Assembly: GCA_910592345.1 (NCBI GenBank)
Contig: CAJVPI010000023.1
Coordinates: 1 to 64,000 of the forward strand
Origin: Paraglomus brasilianum
Taxonomy: Eukaryota
Direction: 5' to 3'
DNA: 64,000 nucleotides
Below the pieces are notes generated by a model. The model searched no databases. It was not told where the DNA came from and saw only the letters and a program-made list of their open reading frames with translations. The translations under genes and the position numbers were made by a program. Of the stretch, positions 1 through 13,368 are shown in pieces. Every line of letters starts with the position of its first letter. The first letter of the stretch is position 1.

Positions 1-1
1 T

Positions 2-64
2 GAAAGTATGCCACGTCGGATTGAAGCATGTATTAAAAACCAAGGATGGCCAACTAAATATTAA
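2..64 (+). mobile_element. C-terminal end of a Tc1/mariner (DD34E-type) transposase, cut by the window edge
   Basis: Frame from nt 2 reads ESMPRRIEACIKNQGWPTKY*, matching the Tc1 terminal motif SMPxRxxAVIxxxGxxTKY. No clear right TIR seen downstream. Confidence 0.85.
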
Positions 65-849
65 ATATTTATAATCAGATATAATACTTTTGATAGGGTA
101 GTGTAGTAAGATACCATTTAGTAACACCATTCTTGGTAAAAAATTTTCGCAAATTTGAATTAGGCGTAAACGAGCAGATGGCAGAAAGAGAGAATGGCAA
201 TATGTTCTTAATCGGTCTAAAATTATGAACAAGATACATAAACTATTTGGTAATACTGCGAAGCATCACTGAGCAATTTTTAATTTAAACACATTTACAA
301 TATGTTTGTAGGAAAGATCAATTTCTATCAGTCGTTGGTATAATAATAATCATTCTCGTAAAGCTTGTAAGACTCTCACTGTCAACGATTGCGGTTTGCA
401 GAGTAACTATGTCGGTCTAATACAAAAGATGATAATAAAAATTTCCCATTTCTCCTTACTATGGAGTTTGTATCCAGGTATCAAAAATATTTGAGGTACT
501 CATGTGTCAGTTATATTTATCGAAAAGTTTAAAAATTTTTTTGGCAGATGGTGGGGTATTTAACTTCAGTAATAATCACGGAAGAAGAATACCCTTTGTC
601 GATATGTTTGGATTATGTATTCAGGATTTTTTTGATGAACCAATCGCATTTTGAAGACCAAATAACCATCACTTATTTTTTCGGGTATCTGGGCATTTTA
701 TCATTATGATTGTACTGTATTAGTATTAGTATCACATGCACGCGCGTCTTATCATACTTGAATAACTGGTGTGGTTATAATCCAAGTCAAAAATCTATAT
801 GTAGAAGAGCTTTAAACGACAATAGTAATAGGATATAAGAATAATAGGG

Positions 850-1713
850 ATGGTTACAATCCGAACTAAGTGGTATATATGGAATATATTACCATTATAA
901 TGATAACTGCAAGTAAAATGCAACTGAAATTTATCCATGAATTCAGACATGAGCCACAGATGTGCCATTTAATCAATTTCAACCACAACGATCAAATGTT
1001 CACTTTGTCTTTGTTGCAATCTGCCCAGTTGCACCAGTCCAAATATTCTATTTTTACAACACGAAATTAAGATCCAAGTGCAAGTGGCTCTCGCTATAAG
1101 AAAGTGGCGGGTCCAACAAATTTCTTTCTTCATCGAAGATTTCTTACAATGCAGATCAATTGCTAGAGAATAATCTTACACAATATTGTTGCCATCTAGC
1201 CTCTTCGTTTAATGCTGTCATTACCGTCTCTTTCTTAAACAACATGACCTTTGATTCTACATCAATTTCGTAATTGATAAACCAACAATAATATTACTCT
1301 TAATGATAACTTACTATTATTATAAGAGATCCTTTCACTAGCAGAAGGTTATGCGTAAAGAGAGGAGTTTGGTGCTGCTTTCTTTATATCAAGAGAGACT
1401 TGCTTATTAAGTTTCGAATTGAGCCAGTGCAAGCTTTCTTGTATCCTGGTATCGAGAGATTTATAATAAAAGAAAACAGATTGATTATAATTTACAGTCA
1501 GAAAACAACGAAACCAATTAATTATATCCTTCTTTCCCGATCTCACGCCTTTAATTAAGGAAGTCCCACAATTTAACCAGCATCAGCACAACTTTGTAAA
1601 TTTCATATTTGTTGAATCAGATCCAGCAAAGGGTCTTATTAATCCAGCCGTACTTAATCATTTCACGACAGTCCTTGGTTACGTTTCGATAAAGTTTTTG
1701 TTTTTTTTTTTTT

Positions 1714-1779
<66 letters not shown>

Positions 1780-2720
1780 AATCAATACTTTCGTAATCAC
1801 TACAAATTACCACATACATGCAAAAACAATAGCAGCACTGTTCTCATTCTGTCCGCCCGCATTATTGCAAGTAATCTTAAATTTTTTATTAATCCCTTAA
1901 TTTCGTCGAGAACCATGTTCATTGTGCCATTAAATCCTTCGTCTGTTTAATTTGTTTGTGTACTGTATCCTAAATAAATGCACTTTTGCTTAATCGTAAT
2001 ATAATGAGCAGTAGTCAATACAACAATAATAGTCAGTACACCTACATTCTCTTTGTTTTTCATGCTTTGTTGTCTGACTGAGCTTTAATCCGATACTCTT
2101 TGTATTTTTTTCAGTAGATTGCTCGCTTCTTCCTTGTGAGCATTATACTGTAAGTCTATCCGAAAGGTTGTCAAGTATCACATAAATTCGTTCTTGAACA
2201 AGGCGTTAATCGGAGCCATAACTTGCAAAGGTAACGCGCCGTCTTGTGTCAAGATCTGTAATAAAGTCTCGATGGATAATCTTTTACAACTCTTTTTGTT
2301 GAATGATCGGGTTATGTCTTGACATTTCTATCAAGTCTTGACATCTTTACAATTTGTAGCAGCCGCTTTATTCATCGTGCACTCTTTTTTACATTACCAT
2401 GAACACTTACACTACTCGTTGCCGGATGATTTCTGATGTTTTCTAAACAATTCTTAACATGTAACTTTTCTGGCAAAGAAACGTATTGCGATCCCAGTAA
2501 CAAAATAACAGTTTTCTTAAGGCATTTGATCTATCCGTTATATTGCTTTACCCGATTAAGATACTAGAGTAATAACATCGATCAATTACAAATATCCATG
2601 TCTTTTATAATATACAGCTTTTCACTTTGCGCTGTTTCTCGAGTTTGCAATAGATAAGATGGTCGACTCGCAAAAATTTTCATGCCTCTGTAAGTAAAGG
2701 GTGTATAGTCTGATATTTTG
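850..2720 (-). mobile_element. Heavily degraded non-LTR retrotransposon (LINE ORF2, RNase H plus C-terminal region)
   Basis: Minus-strand frames with stops and shifts give VGVLTIIVVLTTAH..CIYL(D), EIKGLIK and MRADRMR, resembling the RNase H motifs AELxAIxxAL / IYTDS / KVKGH / NExADxLA. Further on, INWFRCFLTVN...SLDIKKAAPNSSLY resembles the IDW..LPTLD..K..P.LY segment of fungal LINE ORF2. Boundaries are approximate. Confidence 0.4.
1695..1775. repeat. ~80-nt poly(T) tract (poly(A) on minus strand)
   Basis: Nearly pure T run, directly visible. Confidence 0.95.
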
Positions 2721-5714
2721 GATATCTAAAGATTACATACCGTTCTTTTTTTTTTTTTTTTAACAATTAAATCTAAAGTTATGTCTCGTATTTGCATATA
2801 CGTATTGTTATTATTATTGTTGTTGTTGCTATTATTGTTATCATTATTATCAACTCTGGTCTTGCGCCAACTCGGATCCTTGCAAGCACAAAATTTTGAA
2901 AAGAGTACAAACACAATTGTTTTATCCAATAATTTGATTAATAATCTCGGATAACAATAATGATTGTTATTGTAAACTCGATATGAGACATCAATACCGA
3001 TCCAGTCCTATGTCAGACGAGTTTATTGTGCTGCACATATCATGCCATAAACCAAATATGAATCGAACAATTGCACAAGGAAGAGTACGACACCATATTA
3101 GGCATGGATGGTCAGGGTTCATTCTTTGTGTTATGAAACTCTATGGCGCTCCTTACATTTATGGAAAGCTAGACATGTCGGTTATTTTGTGATATGCTGA
3201 TAGATCGTCACATTTGAAACCCTATTCGGTAGTCCGGAGATAAATTGACCCGGTCGAAGAACGGGTCGGGGGGCATACATGTGCTTTGAGCAAAATGCCT
3301 ACAAGTCTGTGATTTTGCCGCGTTCTTCTGCAGCAATCTGTCGTGTGTGATGATTCGACACGTTTTGTTATCTGGTTTGCTAAAAATACGCCCATTTTGT
3401 CCGGTCCGGTTCTTTTTTACACATGACGGCATTTTTAGTATTAGAGCCTTTACGCCACTTAGTCATCAAACGTAATACCGAGATCTCTTTTCCGAAGGAG
3501 TGTATACAAATGTATTTGATCGCATAAAAAAAAAAAGAAGGTTCTAAACGGCTGACGCGTTTTAGTATAACGGAGAGGGGCGTTTTGATAAGGGGTAATT
3601 AAACTAAATTGATACTTTCTTGTTAGACTGTAAAGGAGGTACACTGTAGATGGTTCGATAAGACACATACATGCTCTTTTAAAAAAGTATTCTATTATAC
3701 GTAAAGAAAAGCCACATATATCTATAACCTAAATAACATGCTTACCCATTATTATCTAATGTTTATAGTGCATAAATGTCGGCACACATGTTAATCAAAA
3801 CTGGTGTGAACCGATCTATGCGCCATAATCTGGTTTCCAACATGAGGATTAATTCCCATCGTCTTCTGCGCAAAAGTTCTATAAACGCATAGACATGTCG
3901 GAATGGATATATGTGTTTAATATTAATCCCATTGACCACATTTATGAAATAGGCAGTCGACGAAAACTTGAATATAAAACAAAACACGAAAATTAAAAAT
4001 TTTTTTGGCAGAACATACAGTAATAGTAATGAAATTAAATGCTATAGATTGGAACACAGAATTACAGATTCTCTGCTTGACGCTCTTAATCGAAAACTCA
4101 TTTTAATAACCTGCTTGTCAACTAATCATATTAAAAGTAAAAATAACAATCGAGCTATTCATTCGTCCTTATTTTATGTTTACTGCCATAAATGTATTAG
4201 AGTTGGCTTTTAATTATACTGCTTTACATTACATGTCCGGTGCCGACTAGTTTTGGAAACTCCGATATTGCTTCAGAAAATTGTTTTACATTAAGCTTAT
4301 TATTATTAATGCATTTATTACTATTACAGAAAATTCTTTACTATTAAACAAAAAAAAACCGATGCTTTACACCAATACATGTTTTTTTTTCTTGGGGTTT
4401 TTTTGTATTGTACTCAATGCGGTCAAAGCGTACAATGTTAGAGAAATTAATTATCCAGCTGAGACTTTCATTAGTTTCAATTCAAACCGGTTTTATACTC
4501 TAAAATTAAAGCTTACATACTTTTAATTAATTTTTTGTAGGTTTGGGCATTATCGAGTGCTTTTTTTATTTGTACGGCCATATTTAAGCGATAATAGCAG
4601 ATATCACATTTATGTGCTTATCTAAATGCACCGAAAGTCAATCCGTATAGTGTTGTTCATAATCATACTTTTATTATGAATTAAGTAAATAAGCCTGTAA
4701 ATAAAGCCGTAAACTTTAATCTTTGTATATTTACAGACTACTTATCAATCGGTTGTTCAATATATTACGTATATTAGATATACGCTAGTTACTTAACCAG
4801 CGGCACTTTTCTTTCTTTCTTTCTTTAACACGACTATTCATGTAAGGGGTTGAAACAACATACAAACATAATCAAGGGACCGTATGACACTCGCTATCTA
4901 AGTTCTAAACATGCAATCGACCCTAATGACGTTCTATATTAAATCACATATTGTTAATTTTACATCATCAGCCCGTACGATATGAAAATCGCACAGAGTC
5001 GAAATCTACCATATATGTATATAATATGTAAGTTAAAGAATGCGTTCGCCCATGCGAATATTATACGTATAATAACCGATAAATTAAAATTCTTATTTTT
5101 AGACATAACCTAAACCGAAAGATCAATATATATTTGCATAGCATCATGTGGATTGTAAGGGATTATGAAGTGCATAAGAAGCTTATTAATGCAACATTAT
5201 TAGGATGCAAACATGTGTCCCGTTGATAATACCTAGTGCTGATGGATTGTTTCGTTTTCTCCCACGAACGTATCGGCCCCCTGCGAGTGCAGCAAGCAAG
5301 CATGCTCCAGAGCATATGAGCTATTGTTTGGTTGTTTTCACTTTCTTTGATATGTGCTAATCAAATATACTATATCATACTATTGAAATATATTTTGCTT
5401 GATGGCATGTATAATTTATACTATTATTATATGCTTTCGATCCCAGTCCTAAGTTGTCGTCCGTAAAGGGTCCAAGATTTTTCATAACCGGTATTTTCAT
5501 CCGATGTCTTTTATCGACTTGCGAATAGACGGTTGATGGATTGATGTGCCGGTGAATAATTTGAAATGATTGGTTGCTTGCGAATATCACTCGGATTCGA
5601 GACAAGACTTGGTTATTGTACAATAAAAAAGCTTCTAAGCTTCTATACTTGCCTTCAAGATGGATAATCAACCCCGGGTGACCGTTATATCAACTAACGA
5701 CGTCTCTTAGTGAG

Positions 5715-5829
5715 CAAGGATATACCAAACGTTCGCAAGTATATAACCAGAACGTTCGCAAGGATATACCAAAACGTTCGCAAGTATATAACCAAAACGT
5801 TCGCAAGTATTAACCAAACGTTAACCAAA
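5715..5829 (+). repeat. Minisatellite, ~5 copies of a 21-23 bp unit GCAAG(G/T)ATATA(A)CCA(A/G)AACGTTC
   Basis: Head-to-tail copies with alternating variants and no spacers. Confidence 0.9.
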
Positions 5830-8657
5830 TCTTTGTCGTCAAGGTATCGAGATGCAAATCATGCAGATTGTATTTATGAATGAAATACGAGCTCGTTAGG
5901 GTATTCCTCCTCCTAAAGAATGAAGGAATAATTTGTGTAAAACTACGACGTTTGAAGCAGTACTTGTTTACATAACGCGATACTTACATTTCAACGATTA
6001 ATCGGAGAGTTTAAAGAGCAATTTTTGACTCGTACTAATATATTTGCTCAAAAAAATATTAGATTAACTTTGTCGTCCTATGCAGCAACCGTCCAGACGA
6101 TGATAGTGTACCTTGTCAAGACTTCTTGTATGTTTGCTTCGATCGCGTGCTATGTAGAGAAGTAAACATGGCTTCTTTTGAATGTAACGCCGTTGATTAT
6201 TATTAATATTATCACACATAGCTTCGCTATCATGTATTGCGCTTTTGAAATTGCCGCCAAAGCACTGTAATATTAAATGTTTAACGAGCCTACCCACACA
6301 CGAATGAGTTAACTATCTGTATAATCCAAATATGACCAGGTTCACAAATAAAAAGTCTGTTAAAACAACAAAGAGGTGTATAGAGATGTGTACTTTAAAC
6401 TGAAAAGCCATCATAAGTATACTTCCTTGAAACGGTTGCAGTTATTACAGCACACCCTACGTATGCCTGCCATGGTTTTTTACGTACGCAGCTTCTTTGG
6501 CAGCAGTTTACAAGTTTAATTGCAAGAAAACGATATAATACTTTTTCCAACAAGCCAGCGAATATCTTGTGACAAAATTCATTAAAATTTTATTAACAAT
6601 CCTTGGCTATTAATTGAATACCTTTTAACGGTAAGTTGACTAAAAATCATGTTTCCAAGTCGCGCCGCTGCAAAAAGATTCCAGCTCGCTCACGATACCA
6701 CAATTGCATAGGGGTACTGCTTCTTGTGTGGGGTTTTCTTGTTATAAAAAAAAGGCTGGTTTTTTTTACTGCAGCCTTTCGTCATAGTAAGGTGAGTATA
6801 GTAACGGGTTTGCTTAATTGACATCATCTGCTGCTGCTAACGGGACGAACGGGACGAACGGGACGAGCGATCGTCAACAAGTGAGACGGTCAAAAGAATG
6901 CTTGAGCTTTGAGGGGGGCTGACAGACCCTCGAACATATCAAGAATTCAAAGCGCCCCATTTTTTTGTCTCGGCAAATGCGGTAGTAATCAAATGAAAAA
7001 TGAATAGTTTGTAAATCAAAAACGAATCACGAAAATCGTCGATCAATATGAGATCCAACGATCATTAGGAACATCATGCTTTCCATTGTGGTGCAACAGG
7101 GTTAGCAGAAAAAGGTAAAGTCTGCTTCAACTTCAGCCGATAATATTTCCTTTATTGGAAATTGATATTCCAATATCAAATTGATAAATTAAATAACATG
7201 ACGTCTATTACTTTTTATTACTCTCTTATAGCACTTGCTAAAAGCATCGTTTAAACGGGAATACAAAACGCTGGGCCATGATTTGATATTTGTGAATGTT
7301 TGCGGCATCTGCATCATGCCCGGAACATGAGGGAGTACGAGCCCACGCTGGGTACCGAGCGTTTATGAAGTTTGTAACAGCTCTGGTGTTACCGTTAAAG
7401 CCGATCAGTTGATCTCGTGGTCGTGCGTAATGTTGGAAAAAAATTGCATTGACCTCGATGCGATACGCTCGTCGTCACAGGACGAGGGTCGTTGTTCATC
7501 AGTTTGCATACGACATTCTATTTCAGTAAATATTCACCCCCTCTGCTTAAGACTTAATTTTTTTTGTTATTGCACACAAAGTCCGATGACCGATACATGA
7601 CTATTTCATAACAATAAGGTACGATGTTTGTGCCACCATCGGACATGCTTCAAGAAACTGGCACATGAGAGGGGGCCCGTATGTCACTTGCGTCCGGGCA
7701 CTCTATGTATCCCCTTAAATATTATTGTGACTAACCATATATGGAAGGTTCGTTGTGTTAAATTGTTCCAAATAGAAGGTCGGACTACAGGTTACATAAT
7801 AGGTAATTTGCCAAGGTCCGAAGGGCAACTTTAAAGAGACAACAAACACTATTAAGTACAGTTCACATGAGACAACAAAGGAGCAAACCCCAGGGTCAGG
7901 TAACCAGACTGTTTACTGCGTATGGATATGGTTTTACATGAATAATGGATAAAATTAGAAAACCCAATAGGAGAATACAAGACAGTTTTCGATACACATC
8001 TCCATATAAGCCATGTAGTCTATTGCGCGTGATCCGAAAGGGTGTCATACGGTTAACGCGACAATGGAAAATTGTTAAACAGTTCTCTTGTGACTCGTCT
8101 AATTTAATTTTGCATGATTTCTCATGCTCTGCTTTGTCTATGGGTTCGGATGATGAATATGCAGAGTTGCTGCGACAAGACAAACAATGACTAATTCGAT
8201 TAAGGTTTGAGGCATTATTATTTCTTTGTGGGCCAATTTTCGAAAATTATATGCTTAAAGTGTTTCGTGACTAATATGTATATGTAAAAAAAAACCAAAA
8301 AACTTTTTTGCGGTACATGAAGGGGGATGTGTGTAGTGTGCATGAGGAAAAGGAATATATTCGACAAAGAAAGGATTGCAAGCTTGCAGAAGAACGTCGA
8401 GGAAAAAAACTTTCGAGTGATTGTTTGATAAAGAAAGATTATATCCCGCGGATCGAACGTCGGGCCATTTCCCGATTAATCATAATGTATGCGCATTTAA
8501 TTATAGTAAATGCGATAAACAAGACAAAAAGTCATGCAATAATTTGCTGTAGAATTGTATTCGGATACTATAGAATACTCATTGCCTCTTATGAAGAATA
8601 AGCAATAGGAAAAAAAAGTTTATCCGATTGTGTTGTGTCTTCTCCGTTCTCCGTTCT

Positions 8658-8700
8658 CCCTGCTCCCCTGCTCCCCTGCTCCCCTGCTCCCCTGCTCCCC
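8658..8700 (+). repeat. (CCCTGCTC)n microsatellite, ~5 copies
   Basis: Directly visible. Confidence 0.9.
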
Positions 8701-10957
8701 TTCGCCTACGCTCTACATCGAGTACTGCTTATCCGTATATCTACTTCCGTATTTGTAATAGCCATCATTAGTGGATACAAGGTTTTTTCGGACATGACGA
8801 ACATTGATTACAATGTTTTCGTTTTTGCACTAACCAAAGTTTAAAAACCATGGACTTATGCAGTAACAAGTATATGATGGACATGGGATCAAGTTGTAAC
8901 AGATCTGGATAAACAGATACACAGAATTCGGATCCACTGTTGTGGGTCCGTCTTCTAGTCAAACTCTTTTTTTTTTTCCTCCCCCATCCCAAAAAAAGAT
9001 TAGGTGGAAATTAGAGGGATATTATCGATCCTATATTGTTAATATTGCCAAAGACTAATCAAAACGAAGATATTCGGATCTACCATATAACCAAACATAT
9101 TGCCTATGATCGTCAAGCATAGATTTCGGGAAAATTCGGGAACATGTATAAATTGTAGTTGTTTTCAGTTTATCAAGAAAAGACGATGTTGTATTGATTT
9201 GTGTTGTTGTTATGATAGCGCGCGGGTTACAGGTGATCTCACACTGCATACCAAACATTAATATCTGCGTTCATTTGTTTGTTACATTGAATAGTCACGG
9301 TTGTAGTTCCTCGTCCCAAGTGCCTTTTTGTACGATTTGCCTAGTTATTTTCATTGGATTTTTATTGGTGCGTCCTCCTTATCCAAAAATACTCAATGTT
9401 TATTACTCTATTTATTTATTTATTTTCTCTTTCTCTTTAGTTTCTGCCCCCCTGATATTTTATTCGCCAAGTTTGGAACTTTGCCCCACACAGAAAACCT
9501 CCCCGGGCTTTTGCCAACCCTTTTTTTTTCTTTCCTCTTCTTCTTCGTTCATTTTTCTCCATACAATGTCTTATCGGTTACCAGATATCGCAATTTCTAT
9601 CATTCCACGAAACTAATTGAATGGCTGTAATGCATAAAATCTGTGCGAATTTGCCCAATTGACTGTTGTTTAGACTGAGCATGTATGTACATTTCCTCTT
9701 ACGGTTAGCCGCTGAAAGCTTATTAGTGTTATGCACTATGAGGACAGTGGAACTGTCATGGGACTGTCCAAGAAACCGCGAAAAGCAAAGAAATACAACA
9801 ACGTTACATAATTGGTGGCACTCGATTGATAAGTATATCGAGGGTTTATGGACTGTGTGATCGGTTTGTTATGATAGAAGCTACCAATTTTAGTCTGCGC
9901 AAGTGGATTGGGTATCAATCACGTGGATGTAGATAACGAATACTCTCTTCTTAGTATGCAAAGGGTTGCAGTCTTTTTCTCGAGCCCTGTTGATAGATAT
10001 CAGAGATTTTTACATCTTTTACGATGACGAGTGAATCCCCCTTCGACATGTAGTGTGTAGTTTATGTTGTATATTTACTTCCCTCATGCTTAGGATTAGT
10101 ATCATCGATTGTATTATTCCCATGTGCTTGCGTAATTTTCGCTGTTCTTTGACTCTGGATTATACCAGTTTTTGAAATAAACCTATATTGAAACGATATG
10201 CAACGATAATCAATTATCACTTATCTCTTTATCTGACGGCGTTATTGTTTACCCTCTCTTTCAATCTTTTGCTTTTCTTCCCCCGTTCTCGCTACGATAC
10301 CCATTCTCGTTCTTTCTTTCTTTCGCCTTTCTTTTTGCTTTCCATTTGTCTCTTTGTTTCAAGGCTTTTTTTTTCCCCGGGTATCTCATGTGCGCATGTG
10401 TGTGCTGTATGTGTGAGTATATGTGAGTATATGTGTTACCCCGTTCGAAGAATGTGACTTAAATTATGTGATTATGCAAAATAATAATATGTTGTTTCAT
10501 GGTGCTGGGTAGGCCCAGGTATATCAATTCCCCCGAAAGCATGTATATTTAGCAAGTGATTAAATATTCTGTGCTCACATTATGCAATATAGATTATAAA
10601 TCTGTCTCCCGTTTGAAGCTAAACTATATTGAGGTATCACCTGACCGTCTATAACCATTTTCTATCCGATAGGTCAAAGGCAGCCATTGTCGCACCAAAC
10701 ATATCCAACATATTATTTAGCGTATATAAAAAAAACATATATAAAGGGCGCAAAACCTACACTGATCGATCATCCCGCGTTCAACAAACTTCTCATACAA
10801 TTGTAGCAAACAAATATTTTCCCAGTGCTTTTTAAACACACAATACTCTCTCGTATCCATCTATCTCTACATACTATCTTGATACTCTTGGACAATCGAG
10901 AAATTAGCAACCAAGCGACTACATCTACAACTACTCTTTGACAATCGAAAATCAGCA

Positions 10958-11932
10958 ATGGCAACCATCAGCCCAGACAACGAATATCTAATCACTCTTC
11001 CGTATCCTCCCGAAATTTCCCCTACGGAACTTCTTTCTCGTAAAAAAAGCGGTCCGGGTCTTACCAAGACAGCCAACGCATTCTTTGTATATCGCAAAGC
11101 ATACGTTAAAGAACTCAAGCGTCTTGGGAAGAGAATAAAGATGACTCAAATATCCGGGGTAATATCGTATTCTTGGTCTCGCGAACCCGAAAAAACTAGG
11201 AGTGCTTACAAAGACATTGCGGATGAAGCGAGCGAAATGTTCAAAAAGATAAATCCAACTCCAGAAAAACAACCAGTGGCAAAGCCTTCCAACGCAAGAG
11301 GAGTAGGAGGAGGAGTAGGAGGAACAACAACTGGCATTACTGCGGTCAAAAGTGATACAGCCACATCTGATACGATGATAACCCCAAATCAATTTAATGT
11401 GACCCTGTCTCATAATAATGTAGGTTTGCGCAAGTCACTGACGAAAAAGGAAATTGCCCAGAAATTTTCCAGGTATCAGCCATATCCGTTGGTGTATACG
11501 CCAGCATACTCATATTGTCAATCAGCTTCTTTCGAACAAACAATGCCGTGGGGCGGAGGGGAATTGGCCATGTTTCCCATCGAATTTCCGACATACGATA
11601 CAAAGGAGCAGATTGAAACATTCGGCGTAGAACCCTTTTTTGATGCATCGTCAATTGAGCAATTACCGAGTGAACTGTCGAGTGGAGCAACTACATGCTC
11701 TCCCTCTCCCTCTTCGTCGCCTATTTCTTCCAATACTACATACATCACTTCTGATGGGGTGCAATACTATACTCCTTTTGAGAATGTAAATAATTTAAAC
11801 AATTTACAATACTTTTCTGCGGTACCTGCAGTAGTACCTGCAGTATCGGTTAGTCAGACGGCATACGAACCAAACCAACTTTTGCTTCCGTATACAGGGG
11901 ATATATCGGACAGTGTAAATTATATGATATGA
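10958..11932 (+). CDS. MATA-type HMG-box transcription factor (324 aa, apparently intronless)
   Basis: N-terminal HMG box KTANAFFVYRKAYVKELK..IKMTQISGVISYSWSREPEKTRSAYKDIA, preceded by the LPYPPEISPTELL motif common in Glomeromycotina MATA-HMG proteins; S/P/Y-rich C-terminus. Confidence 0.9.
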   Translation: MATISPDNEYLITLPYPPEISPTELLSRKKSGPGLTKTANAFFVYRKAYVKELKRLGKRIKMTQISGVISYSWSREPEKTRSAYKDIADEASEMFKKINPTPEKQPVAKPSNARGVGGGVGGTTTGITAVKSDTATSDTMITPNQFNVTLSHNNVGLRKSLTKKEIAQKFSRYQPYPLVYTPAYSYCQSASFEQTMPWGGGELAMFPIEFPTYDTKEQIETFGVEPFFDASSIEQLPSELSSGATTCSPSPSSSPISSNTTYITSDGVQYYTPFENVNNLNNLQYFSAVPAVVPAVSVSQTAYEPNQLLLPYTGDISDSVNYMI

Positions 11933-13247
11933 TAGAAATTAACAATGTATAGAGTAGCTATTGTTGATATATTGTTCTCTGAACATATAATATTTTTACT
12001 TTTTCGTATTATATACATTAATTGATTGATTTATATGCCTCATTATACGTCTATAGATTTTAAATTTTATTTATTTCTCTTTTACTTTTGTTTACTTTTT
12101 TTCTTTTTCTTCTTTTTACCTTTTTTTCCTTTTACGTTTCTTCTTCTTTTTCTTCTTCTGTCTTCTCTTCTTCTGTCTTCTCTTCTTCTTTCGTTCTTGC
12201 ACTAAGGTAAAGAACGAGAGCTGGTATTCTTTGGATTGAAATTTTATGTCCTACTTCGTTGTATAGTATTTTAGTTTAAGATTTTTTATGTTTGTCCTTT
12301 CCTTTGTACATATAAGATTTAAATTTTTGAATAAACTTGTGAATTCTAAAGACAAAGAAAGTAAGCGATTGTTGAAGAACGTTCGTGCATAAGATACCTG
12401 ACATTAATGAATCGCTTTTCCTACCGTCTCCCTTTCCCTCCTTCCCTCCTTCCCTCCTTCCCTCCTTCCCCTTTCCGCCTCCCTTGGCATGCTTCCAGAT
12501 AAGGTTACTAAACAATGGGGCCCAAAATTCATATTAAATGTATTACATTTTCTAGATAAAGAGAGGATTATCTTGTGAATTTATTTAATTGTAGTATTCG
12601 TCTTGCTGCAGCGAATTGATTGCTACGATAAGCGTGCTAGATAATTACGATGTGCAGGCTTTTTCATATTCGGGATAACAAACACCAGACAATCCGCGGC
12701 AAAACAAAGCGGCGAATATACAATTGTGCGTTTTAAGGGTTTAACGTTGAGAAAGATAATAGTTAATTGGATAACCAGTAAGGTTAAGTTAAATTATTTA
12801 CAGAGGGACAATATCACAGTGGATCCATATAAGGTATCAAGCAACATAATGTAACAAGGTCGAACACATGCTACGGCTCCATACATGTTTTTGAACCTTG
12901 GGACAGTCAACTTAATCAATCAGCCAGATGGGACCGCTTGGCGCTTTGTTGGCGGCTAATTTGGCGTCGAGTTCTTTGTTCTGCTACAAAAAATTTTCCT
13001 TTCTTCCCCTGTCTTGTTATTCATAGACATGTCGATTTCAATAACGATTGGTAACTGCAATTAATGTAACTCTGCCCAATGTCAGCGTTTTATGAATATA
13101 GTAAAAAGCCACCAATATGTAACCGCAAAATATGTACGGGGATTTACCTCTAAATTTGCCATAAAAGACGTTATGAAGAATGCCCAACAAATATTAGCCG
13201 ACCAGCGTGGTAATCGTTCATACCCGGAATTATAATTGGTATTTCGT

Positions 13248-13368
13248 TATTTGCTTGCTATTTGCTTGTTATTTGCTTGCTATTTGCTTGCTATTTGCTT
13301 GCTACCCTATCCCACCCTATCCTACCCTATCCCATCCTGTCCTGCCCTGCCCAGCCCGGCCCAGCCCT
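13248..13368 (+). repeat. Compound microsatellite: (ATTTGCTTGCT)x4 then CCCTA/CCCAG-type pentamers
   Basis: Directly visible. Confidence 0.8.

Noticed and set aside
1695..1775. Poly(T) as the 3' tail of a retroelement
   Set aside because: LINE-like coding similarity appears on both sides and no TSD is visible; length may be a homopolymer artefact.
5715..5829. Regularly repeated ~22-bp unit as a CRISPR array
   Set aside because: Units are contiguous with no unique spacers, there are no cas genes, and the context is eukaryotic.
3000..10900. Numerous 60-140 aa ORFs in the track
   Set aside because: Many use non-ATG starts, have low-complexity or random composition, and show no domain motifs or coherent splice structure.
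10958..11932. HMG gene as a Mucorales-type sex locus
   Set aside because: No flanking triose-phosphate transporter or RNA helicase, and MATA-HMG genes are numerous in this lineage.
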